Shown one piece after another: positions 29,801 to 41,200 of a DNA stretch of 64,000 nucleotides (position 1 is its first letter; every line of letters starts with the position of its first letter). Made by a program: the position numbers and the translations under genes. Under the pieces are notes generated by a model. The model worked only from the letters and a program-made list of their open reading frames with translations. It was not told the DNA's origin and did no database searches. The stretch comes from Hormiphora californensis (taxonomy: Eukaryota > Animalia > Ctenophora): assembly GCA_020137815.1 (NCBI GenBank), contig CM035352.1:1302001-1366000 (forward strand), in the 5' to 3' direction.

Positions 29801-32800
29801 CGGCGTTAGCCTCGGGCGGGGCGATTCTCTCTAGACTGTGAGAGAGGTGTAGTGAGCGGAAAGAAGATGGTTTATATGGGACACACCGCCCAGGGCTGCT
29901 GCTCTGTTTCCCTGAGTGGTATGTGGAGTACACAGAGAAGCGGGAGCATACAATGTGAACTGATCTGTAGACGTGGAAGTAGAATTATCAGCTGTTTAAA
30001 GAAGGAGATACGCAGGGAGTTAGAGAGCACTGAATTAGAGAGAGAATGAGAGAATAGGGGATATTATAGGGAGCTCGGATTTGCGGGGAGATAGAGAGTA
30101 CTGAATTAGAGAGAAAATATTATCTGGCGCTTTTATAAAGTATAGTAATTTGTCAGATATCGTCCCATTTCTGGGCAGCATCCCATTGCTGGGCATCATC
30201 CCTTCGCAGGGCATCATCCCTTCGCAGGGCATCATCCCATTTCTGGGCGCCATCCCTTTGCAGGGCATCATCCCATTGCTGGGCGGATCCTCGGCGTTAG
30301 CCTCGGGCGGGGCGATTCTCTCTAGACTGTGAGAGAGGTGTAGTGAGCGGAAAGAAGATGGTTTATATGGGACACACCGCCCAGGGCTGCTGCTCTGTTT
30401 CCCTGAGTGGTATGTGGAGTACACAGAGAAGCGGGAGCATACAATGTGAACTCATGTAATAAGCTTATATAAGTTCAACATTGCTGACCTGGTTTCCGAA
30501 CTGGTTACAGGGAAAAGCAAGAATGCTAAGTCCCTGGTCTGCGTATTTCTCCTCAAGCTGTTGTAGTTGTCGGTAGTTGATATCGGTCAAACCTCAGTTA
30601 GTCGCCACATTGACCACCAAAGTTACGTTGCCCCTGTAGGGGGAGGGGAGGGGTTAGTTGGGATGAAGTGTTAGTCGCCACATTGACCACCAAAGTTACG
30701 TTGCCCCTGGTATTATAGGGGGAGGGAGGGGTTAGTTGGGGTGAAGTGTTAGTCGCCACATTGACCACCAAAGTTACGTTGCCCCTGTGTAGGGGGAGGG
30801 GAGGGGTTAGTTGGGGTGAAGTGTTAGTCGCCACATTGACCACCAAAGTTACGTTGCCCCTGTAGGGGGAGGGGAGGGGTTAGTTGGGATCAGTGGAGAG
30901 GGAGGGGAGGGGTTAGTTGGGGTGAAGTGTTAGTCGCCACATTGACCACCAAAGTTACGTTGCCCCTGTGGAGGGGGAGGGAGGGGTTAGTTGGGGTGAA
31001 GTGTTAGTCGCCACATTGACCACCAAAGTTACGTTGCCCCTGTACGGGGAGGGGAGGGTTTAGTTGGGGTGAAGTGTTAGTCGCCACATTGACCACCAAA
31101 GTTACGTTGCCCCTGTAGGGGAGGGAGGGGTTAGTTGGGGTGAAGTGTTAGTCGCCACATTGACCACCAAAGTTACGTTGCCCCTGTAGGGGGAGGGAGG
31201 GGTTAGTTGGGGTGAAGTGTTAGTCGCCACATTGACCACCAAAGTTACGTTGCCCCTGTAGAGGGTGGGAGGGGTTAGTTGGGGTGAAGTGTTAGTCGCC
31301 ACATTGACCACCAAAGTTACGTTGCCCCTGTACGGGGAGGGAGGGGTTAGTTGGGGTGAAGTGTTAGTCGCCACATTGACCACCAAAGTTACGTTGCCCC
31401 TGTACGGGGAGGGAGGGGTTAGTTGGGGTGAAGTGTTAGTCGCCACATTGACCACCAAAGTTACGTTGCCCCTGTACGGGGAGGGAGGGGTTAGTTGGGG
31501 TGAAGTGTTAGTCGCCACATTGACCACCAAAGTTACGTTGCCCCTGTGTAGGGGAGGGAGGGAGGGGTTAGTTGGGGTGAAGTGTTAGTCGCCACATTGA
31601 CCACCAAAGTTACGTTGCCCCTGCAGGGGGAGGGAGGGGACGGGGTTAGTTGGGGTGAAGTGTTAGTCGCCACATTGACCACCAAAGTTACGTTGCCCCT
31701 GTAGGGGGAGGGAGGGGAGGGGTTAGTTGGGGTGAAGTGTTAGTCGCCACATTGACCACCAAAGTTACGTTGCCCCTGTAGGGGGAGGGAGGGGTTAGTT
31801 GGGGTGAAGTGTTAGTCACCACATTGACCACCAAAGTTACGTTGCCCCTGTGTAGGGGAGGGAGGGGTCAGTTGGGATGAAGTGTTAGTCGCCACATTGA
31901 CCACCAAAGTTACGTTGCCCCTGTACGGGGAGGGAGGGGTTAGTTGGGGTGAAGTGTTAGTCGCCACATTGACCACCAAAGTTACGTTGCCCCTGTAGGG
32001 GGAGGGAGGGGAGGGGTTAGTTGGGGTGAAGTGTTAGTCGCCACATTGACCACCAAAGTTACGTTGCCCCTGTTATAGAGGGAGGGGAGGGGTTAGTTGG
32101 GGTGAAGTGTTAGTCGCCACATTGACCACCAAAGTTACGTTGCCCCTGTACGGGGAGGGAGGGGTTAGTTGGGGTGAAGTGTTAGTCGCCACATTGACCA
32201 CCAAAGTTACGTTGCCCCTGTAGGGGGAGGGAGGGGTTAGTTGGGGTGAAGTGTTAGTCGCCACATTGACCACCAAAGTTACGTTGCCCCTGTGTAGGGG
32301 GAGGGAGGGGTTAGTTGGGGTTAAGTGTTAGTCGCCACATTGACATTTGACCACCAAAGTTACGTTGCCCCTGTAGGGGGAGGGAGGGGAGGGGTTAGTT
32401 GGGGTGAAGTGTTAGTCGCCACATTGACCACCAAAGTTACGTTGCCCCTGTACGGGGAGGGAGGGGGTTAGTTGGGGTGAAGTGTTAGTCGCCACATTGA
32501 CCACCAAAGTTACGTTGCCCCTGTTATAGGGGGAGGGAGGGGTTAGTTGGGGTGAAGTGTTAGTCGCCACATTGACCACTAAAGTTACGTTGCCCCTGTA
32601 GGGGGAGGGAGGGGGTTAGTTGGGATGAAGTGTTAGTCGCCACATTGACCACCAAAGTTACGTTGCCCCTGTAGGGGGAGGGAGGGGGTTAAAAAACCTT
32701 GAGTCTGGTGAAGCTGTGAGTGGTATATTGAGTCGCTTGACACTGGTTCCCGTGCTCCACAATTCAAGTGGTATACTAGGATGAGCGGTAGAGGAGGGAA

Positions 32801-34605
32801 ATCACGGTGCCCCCTAGGGTGTGTCAAGCAGGGTATAAGTAATGGGGCGATGGGTTGTAAATGGGGAGCTAAGAGGGGATTCCTGACAGGAACAGCCCTA
32901 GAGGGTGTGTGAGATGGGCTGTCACTTGCCATCATCTATTCATGGGAAAATAGGGAGGGGGAACTTTTATAAAAACAAGAAATATCTGAAATTTCACCAA
33001 AAACACCAATTTCTAACAACTTACTTGTACTTGGAGAGCTGCTGTTGATTCTCTAGAATATCAACAGCATTGAATTCGTATACCGATGAATACTGAAAGG
33101 GAGATTAGTGTATTGGAATAGTTGTGGACATGGACAATGGAAACACATTCGGGGAGAGCAGTCATTGTGAAAGAACATTCTGAACACATTGAGAGCACGT
33201 GTGCTTTGTAGCATTCTCATTTCTCAAGGATCTGCAGTCAATGAATGAACACATGTTCACTACCTTGCTGAAAAGATGGAACAAAACACTAGATACACAA
33301 CCCATGACACAGTGCAAAAGTAACTGTGGCAACTCTGAACAAATTTACACCAGCTGTGCAGATTTCAAAGAAGATCCCCCCATGTGATGAAAGAGTAATG
33401 GAAGAGAGGGTGAAACACAGGGTTCTCTTCTATAGAGACAATACTAATGACCACATATTTAGCAACCAAACTATCGGCTGGTCAAACACTGTATCCTACG
33501 ATTGATCCGGCTGCAGTTTTATGTTTTAGAGACGGAGACAGTGGTGGCTACTAGGTATTGAGTAAGTAGACTATGAACACGTGCTCAAAAAGCAAGATAA
33601 TTAATTTGAATGGTGGGGCTGCTCAGGGTACATGAAGTCACAGAGGAGCATATCAATTAATCAATCATCATGGCCAACTTACATCGTCGGGATTAAATAT
33701 AGTGGAGGCTGCTACGAGCCACGTCCAAAACGTCTGTGCAGCCATAGTGTCACACAAACGAGAAGTAACGATCTGGTTATAGCAGCTAGTTTTATAGCCC
33801 TCTTATCTTTATCTCTCTCACTCTCTCTCTCTCTCTCTTTTTTCTCTCTCTCTCTCACTCACTCATTATCTCTGTTTGCCGTGAGAAGTCACGCGATTCT
33901 AACCGTCGTCTCACGCCACACAAAGTCACCAGATGTGTTTGGTTGATAACACGTACCAGAGAAGTGCGTCCGAAACAAAAGATTCGCTCTGTGTGTTTTT
34001 TGTGGAAAGGTGTTGTGCTAAGTGCTTCATTTGCTAAACAAAGTCTCCAAGTTCCCGCAAATACAATCACGCCTTTGTTAGGTGAAATTCGATCAAGATT
34101 CAAGGGGAATTGGATTCTTCATAGATCATTTCCATACCTCTCTTTCTCTCTCTCTCTCTAGACTAAACATCTCTCTAGACTAAACATTAAGTACTTTTAG
34201 GCAGCGGCTTTTTTAAACAAACATTTCAGGTGTCAGATACCACGTAGGCGTGTTAAATACAAATAAACACAATGGACACTGGCAGTTTGACGAGCCCACT
34301 CTTGGCTCTTGCCCTGTTTGACAGGGTTTGAACAAAACAATCCCACTCGCATTGTTCGACCCCCTCTCTCCGCGGTACCCCACAACAATATAAAGGATGC
34401 TTAGAACATAACAAAAAGCCCAGAAACGGAAATACCCAGTAACATGCAAGCAGCTGCAGGAACGAACTTTTTTAAGGAGTTGTTTTTTGGACAGTTTTGT
34501 AGCTTCCGTTTCCACTTCAGGAGCAGCGGTCTCTGCCCCGCCCCCACAGGCACCTCCTCCACCCTGGGCCGAGCAGGTCTGTTCCTCTTTCTTTTTGAGG
34601 AACAT
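26897..34605 (-). CDS. GPX4-like: Selenocysteine glutathione peroxidase, GPx4/PHGPx-like; N-terminus may extend further upstream
   Basis: Exons 34605-34468, 33092-33025, 30633-30489, 27303-27190, 27073-26897, with consistent phases. [28 protein letters not shown](TGA 30594-30596)[10 protein letters not shown]..[31 protein letters not shown]; ends PASDDL*. Confidence 0.93.
28923..30452. repeat. 491-bp tandem repeat, ~3.1 near-identical copies, each with an internal 18-bp subrepeat
   Basis: The ORF track recurs at 491-bp spacing (29053/29544/30035); GGCATCATCCC-N7 subunits; lies in a GPx intron. Confidence 0.95.
30597..32690 (-). repeat. Minisatellite of 28 ~72-bp units, each a GPx 3' splice site plus the first 37 nt of the Sec exon
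   Basis: Minus-strand unit ACTTCACCCCAACTAACCCCTCCC(TCCCC)CTACAG|GGGCAACGTAACTTTGGTGGTCAATGTGGCGACTAAC; 28 copies counted by hand; the last copy continues into TGA GGT TTG ACC. Confidence 0.95.
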
Positions 34606-35348
34606 TATATGCGACCCTAGCTAGTGAGACGGTGTGAGAGAAGTTTTTAGTGAATTGTGTGCTAAACTCAGACACATTTAAAACAAAATGAAATTCAAGG
34701 AATTGTAAAATGGGGAGGAAGAGTGTAGATGTATTGTGAGTTACCACATAAAGTTAGAAGTAGTAGTAGAACAGTAAACACTGATAGCACAGTAGCAAGT
34801 GCGGTAAACAGTAAAGAAACAAGCTTACACTCAAGACTCTTGGTATCAAATACCAACAAGAATATCAGAGAGAAACAGTCAGTGCATACAACAAAGACAT
34901 GGAGAGGAGAATAATACAAGCGCACATTATGCAACAAGAATATAGGAAGAAGGAGAGAGAGAGGTGCAAGGCACTTAGCAAGACACGGAAAGGGTTGGCG
35001 GATGTCTAAATGGCCTATACACACGTCACACACACATCTATCCACACATACACCTAGTATACAATAGGCTGAGGACCTATGGCAGCTGTCACTTCAGAAG
35101 CGACTAAAAAGGAGTGGCGAGTGATCTGACGCCACACAGAGAGTCCCAGCTTTCACAAAAACGGTAGTCGTTACTAAATATTGAGTTCATATGACACCAC
35201 ACAGAGAAATATATGAGTTCATATAATGCAGGACAACTGCTGTGTATAGGACCTAGTTAAAACAGGTGTTGATATAGTCTAGGATGAAGGATCTCCGTCT
35301 CTAATATACTAATGGCATGTAACATATCCGGCAGGCAGTGGAATAGTA

Positions 35349-36858
35349 TAGTCCAGGCAAAGTTCGATTTAAAATCGGCATTTCTGCAAAAAAGCAAATT
35401 CCGGTTGATTTTGGTCAATTCGAGTACGCTGATTACGACTATAAACTTTTAGTGAACTTTTTCGTTGAGGAAAGTGGCTTAATTGGCCTTAATTGGTCAA
35501 AATTTAAAATGTGTCTAAAATTTATTCTGCATAGCTCAAAAAATCGGAAAAAATTATCGAAAAAATATTTCCAGATTTTATTTGTGTCGAAAATAGGCGG
35601 AATTGGCCTAATTGGGCTTAATTGGGCTTGATTACTGGAATTTAAAGTTTATTCTGCATAGCTCAAAAAATCGGGAGAAATTCACTGATTACCGGAAAAA
35701 TATTTTCAGATTTTATTTGTGTCGAAACTAGGCGGAATTGGCCTAATTGGGCTTAATTGGGCTTGATTACTGGAATTTAAAGTTTATCAAAAATGGATTT
35801 TATATAACTTAAAAAATCGAGAAAAATAAGCTGATTATCAAAAAAATACTCTTTGAATTTATTTTTGTCTCAATTAGACGGTAGAGCTAATTAAAAACCA
35901 ATTAAATCACCCAGTTGGTGTTGCGCAACATAATATGAGCCTCAGGAATGTAAAACTGAACTTAATTAGCCAATTCCTTCACTAATGTGTCCCCAAGGGT
36001 CTCCCCTATCTAGTAGGGTCAGAGGGGTATATTATGAGGCGTGAGAGGTATCTCCAAAATGCCGATTTTTACGATTTTCAGTTTCTCGCCTACAGCTACA
36101 GCACATGCAGTGTGCATGCACAATAGCCCGGAAATGAACATGTTGCACCTCGCACAGAATGTTAGGGTTTTCTATTGTATAAGGGGAGACCCTTAGGGAC
36201 ACATTAGTGAAGGAATTAGCTTATTAAGTTCAGTTTTACATTCCTGAGGCTCATATTATGTTGCGCAACACCAATTGGTTGATTCAATTGGTTTTTAATT
36301 AGCTCTACCGTCTAATTGAGACAAAAATAAATTCAAAGAGTATTTTTCTGATAATCAGCTTATTTTTCTCGATTTTTTAAGCTATATAAAATCCATTTTT
36401 GATAAACTTTAAATTCCAGTAATCAAGCCCAATTAAGCCCAATTAGGCCAATTCCGCCTAGTTTCGACACAAATAAAATCTGAAAATATTTTTCCGATAA
36501 TCAGTGAATTTCTCCCGATTTTTTGAGCTATGCATAATAAACTTTAAATTCCAGTAATCAAGCCCAATTAAGCCCAATTAGGCCAATTCCGCCTATTTTC
36601 GACACAAATAAAATCTGGAAATATTTTTCCGATAATCAGTGAATTTTTTCCGATTTTTTGAGCTATGCAGAATAAATTTTAGACACATTTTAAATTTTGA
36701 CCAATTAAGGCCAATTAAGCCACTTTCCTCAACGAAAAAGTTCACTAAAAGTTTATAGTCGTGATCAGCGTACTCGAATTGACCAAAATCAACCGGAATT
36801 TGCTTTTTTGCAGAAATGCCGAAATTTGGCCTATTTTTTTAGAACTTTTACTGGACTA
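35349..36858. mobile_element. Foldback-type non-autonomous DNA element with ~640-bp inverted arms
   Basis: ~35366-36006 is the near-perfect reverse complement of ~36183-36822; termini TAGTCCAG...CTGGACTA; flanking GTA (or TA) duplication; internal ~130-bp direct repeats. Confidence 0.85.
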
Positions 36859-38272
36859 GTAATAGGAAGGTAAATTCTGAATTACCGAACTTCAGGAATT
36901 AGGGACAGCTTTCAGCTAGCATTATACCAATACAGTGTGTAGTGACGCACATTGGTAAGACAAGAGGTAGGACGAAAGAAAGGACTCGAATGGCATAAGT
37001 CCTCTTCTCTCCTCTAGTGAAGTGTCATATTACAGGAAGATAATATATTCACCCGCTGCTACCACACATGATGGCTCGCATGGTAAGTTTATAACCAAAT
37101 CAGCAACCGGATTATAGAGGCTACAACAAAACTAGGAGGGACCGTACAGTATTGTTTCCATGGTAACGAAAGGGAGTACAATGAGGTGATGATTATCTCT
37201 AGTACTTAGTAGCTATTTCAGTGATAGGGAAGATGATCAACCATTTTGTAGAACTAGGAACCGAACAGTTTGATTTGAGACAGGGTTTTGAGACAGAGTC
37301 GAGCAAAGCAAATATCGGTAGACACGCAATATCACAGCTTATTAACTTACATTACCACTGTAAGATGTATTGTTGCTGCATATAATAGTGTAAGTGACTA
37401 TTGAAATCAAACAGGATGTAGAAATAGCAGCACATATTAAACCGTGTTTTAGTTTGCAAGCAGACATGAAAACACAAAATAATATCAGATATCAGACAAG
37501 TATTCTAGAGAAAGAGGCACAAAGTAAGAGTCCGGGAATCCTTTCTGTCACACTTGCACTTCACCGCAAAGTTATTACGTTTCAGAAATTACGAATGCTG
37601 AATTTACATATTTCTGGGACTGAGAGATACTGGAAAGAGACATGAATTAGGGAAGGAAAGGTCACAAAAAGGTGAGAGAGTAAATTGTACAAACTGAACA
37701 GGGTGGTTTCTACACGGACATCATTCTTAGAGAATTGAGGGAATTGCCCACTTATAGCTAGCTGCCAATATGAAAAGTATTATGACGAAGTATAGTAGTA
37801 TCTAAACACTAACAGCGTGTATAGCAGATGTACACAGTCAACTTACACTATGTGAGCTGTTGATGTAGGAGGAATTATTGTAAAAGTAAATCAAACAGAC
37901 TGTAGAAAGTGCAGCACATATTAAAACATATTTAACTTTGCAGGCACACATCTGAAATACACAGATATATCAGACACAAAACCAGATCAAAACATCCCAC
38001 AGATTGTATTGCCTTGGTCGACCCTGCTAACTGCTTTGAAGTTTGAACAAAATAAAGCTTTACCTTTGATAGAAGAGTAGCCTTCTCCGTTCTACCGGTA
38101 AAGGTAGCAGCGGTTGTCAGCGATTTCAACATTTCAGCTTACACCATGCGGACAACAGCAGCTGTTAAAAGAAGCAAAAACAAGCAAAATAATGTACACA
38201 GATACAGGTGAAATGTGTAAATTCCACTGCAAATCTGCACCAAATCAGTTCCGAATGTCTTGCGGAGGGGAA

Positions 38273-41200
38273 ATGCTGTTGAGGTTGACTCAATTTCGCG
38301 CGTTACATACAGATGCAGCGCGCAATTCAATCTGAAATGAATGACACGAATGAAAATTCTTTTCTGTTTTTTAGACATTGTTTTTCTTCTTTTTAACTTT
38401 CTTTAACTCTTTGAAAAGCGCTGCCTTATCAGTTATCGGGGGCCAGCAACGTTTGCCAATTTAACTATGATCTTTCATCTTGTATTGCTGTTTTTGCCAT
38501 GCACTTCGGCTTCTGCCAGATAGATTTCCTACAATTCAACTTAGAAGCTATAATTTTAAAATTTAAGTCAGCCAACAAATAACAATTGCAGTCCTACATA
38601 ATTTACATTTACTAATTAAATTCTAGGTTCCATGAAGTGCAATGCATGGCCAGGGAACGTACACTAGACGGCTGACTGCCAAAGGAGCAAAATGGGCTGT
38701 CATGGCCACTGCCGGTGTAGGGGGTATGAAACTGGTGAGATGAGTTTGTACAATCAAGTCCATGTTTTCACTTCTTAGGATTATCATGAGCCTAAGAATC
38801 ATACTATGTACCTGAATACCAGTCCTACAGATAGAAACTCAGATAGAAACTAATATAATCTGATATTTTAGGCGAGTAATAAAATCGAGGAAACTCATGC
38901 TGATGTCTCACAACGATTGAGCTTACCATTTGATACAATCGCCGGCGGTGTCAACTCTCTTGGAACCCAACTCAAGATCTATAAAAATAAAGGTAAGCAC
39001 GAATACATGACACTCATTAGTCTCAATGTGAAGTTAATTCTGTTTCTTTAGGACAACGGTTGTACGATGAATTAAAAGTGTCCGATCCTTTCTCAACATC
39101 ATCAGGTAACTGCCCAAATCTGTCAAAAACTCTCTGACTTTGTAACTTTGTACTGCCCAAAATCTGAAAGCACGTTACCACCACCGTCTCTATCAGTGAT
39201 TTTTACCACGTGTGTCTTTGTTTCCCGGTTTCTTGCACATCAGGTTACAGTCTGCTAACTACAGCAGGTCCACCTGGGATACCTCCCTCCTCTGCTCCTG
39301 CTACGACGGGAGAAACAAAGAAAGAACAGAAACCAGAGATTAAAATAACAGAGGTAAACATATGCTATGTTTGAGATGTATAACATAATGTGTCATTGTT
39401 TGGCATACATGTACATGATGTAGAGAAAATCTGAAACCTCTACACGTCACCCACTGATTGGTATGTGAGCTCCCTCCTCTTTCAGATTGTTAAGCCGGTT
39501 GTAAAGGATATACAGGTGGACACATCTGCATTGGAGGAACTGGCTAAGGTAAGCGACAACTCCCCAGTCCCCACCACTTCATAGCTCAAATAATAATTAA
39601 CCGCATCAGTCATGAATCGCTAATAACGGTATGATCGTTTTGTCATGATTAGCATTTTCAAGTAATTTGATAATTTGAACTGTTTGTTTCCCTGTTAGAA
39701 AGAGGAGGAGAAAGAGGAATTGCAAAGAAGGGAAGCAGAGCGACAAGCAGCTGCGGAACAGGAGGCAGCTTTGGCAGCGAAGCAAGCAGAGCGGGAGGCA
39801 GAATTGGCGGCTGCAGCGAGGCAAGCAGAGCGGGAGGTAGAATTGGCGGCTGCAGCGAGGCAAGCAGAGCGGGAGGCAAAAGAAGCAGCGGAGGCTGCAG
39901 CTGCAGAACAGGCTGAACAAAGAGCACAGATTGAGGAGGAGAATAGAAAGCTGAAGGAAGAACTCAACACCGCTGAGTCCGTGAGTAGTACCCCGTCTTG
40001 TGTGATTAGGGTATGATTGATCGGACGGTGTGTGTGACGTGTGTGTGTGACGTGTGTGATCGGGCGATGTGTGTGAAATGTGTGAGTGCTACGATCTGAA
40101 CTCTCTTGCTGACACACTCTTTCCTGTCGTGGCCATTAGGTCCGGATCGCTAAGGAAGAACTTGAAGCCGCAAATGAAGCATTGAAAACATCGCTAATGT
40201 CATTGAAAGCCGTAAGCACCTCTAGTAACCATGGTAACATTGTTCTGTTACCATGGTAACGCTTTACTTTTACCATAGTAACGCTACGTTTTTTACTGTT
40301 TACCACGTTATTATGTGTTTCAGGAATCTCACAAAACAGAAACAGAACTGAGGAAAGAACTGTTGAAGCTGCAGGAAAATTACAAGCGAGAGTTGGACAG
40401 GATCAGGGGTGAGAACGATAAACTAAAGTATCTGGTGAAGAATTCAACTGTCAAAACCACCACTGTCAAGGTATTATACCAAGGAGTATTTAACTGTAAT
40501 ACTGAGTAACAAAGTGAGGTCACCACTTTGTATGAATCATGTCCACTGTTCAGATTTGTGAACAGTTCTATGAACTGCTCACTGAAAGTTACTTACACAC
40601 TATCGAGCTAGGTTCTCTTCATTGCTAATTGCTGCTCAACTGTTGTTATGGTAGCAATTATATTGTTCAAGTATATTGCTATCTATAGCGAACAGAGAGG
40701 CTAATTGTTTGCTGCAGTAGTAGTACACTCCATGAAGTGGAGAGCAATTATGTTTACCAAGAGTGTAACCAGCCATGAACTGACTTCTAACTCCTCCCCC
40801 TAGAAATCTATAATTGACATATAACTCCTCCCCCTAGAAATCTATAATTCACATCTAACTCCTCCCCCTAGAAATCTATAATTGACATGTATGCGGATGT
40901 TCTAGACACCTTGTCGGATAACGACAACTCGTACAGCGTCCACGACCACCTCCCTCGGATCGTGGTGGTAGGAGATCAGAGCGCTGGAAAAACGAGTGTT
41001 CTAGAAATGGTCGTCAGGGCACGTATCTTCCCCAGGTACATCTTGTTTCATAGAGAGTGATGCGAGAACAAAATTTGAACTTGTTATGTAGGGGGCATAA
41101 AATGTCCAGCACTCTCCCGTGCTACAATATCTACTACTAACAGCTCTGTACTAACAGATCTCTAATTAATTACCCAGGGGACATGGTGAGATGATGACCA

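Noticed and set aside
30597-32690. CRISPR-like array or repeat-protein gene ([24 protein letters not shown])n
   Set aside because: No unique spacers and no cas genes; eukaryotic context; frequent frameshifts; fully explained as a duplicated GPx acceptor plus exon start.
30640-32690. Telomeric repeat (GGGGTTAG)
   Set aside because: Only one GGGTTAG per unit; it is the reverse complement of the branch point and pyrimidine tract, not (TTAGGG)n.
36960-38140. Additional minus-strand exons upstream of GPx
   Set aside because: Some donor-like sites and short ORFs are present (for example 38063-38132), but I could not build a consistent, recognisable reading frame.
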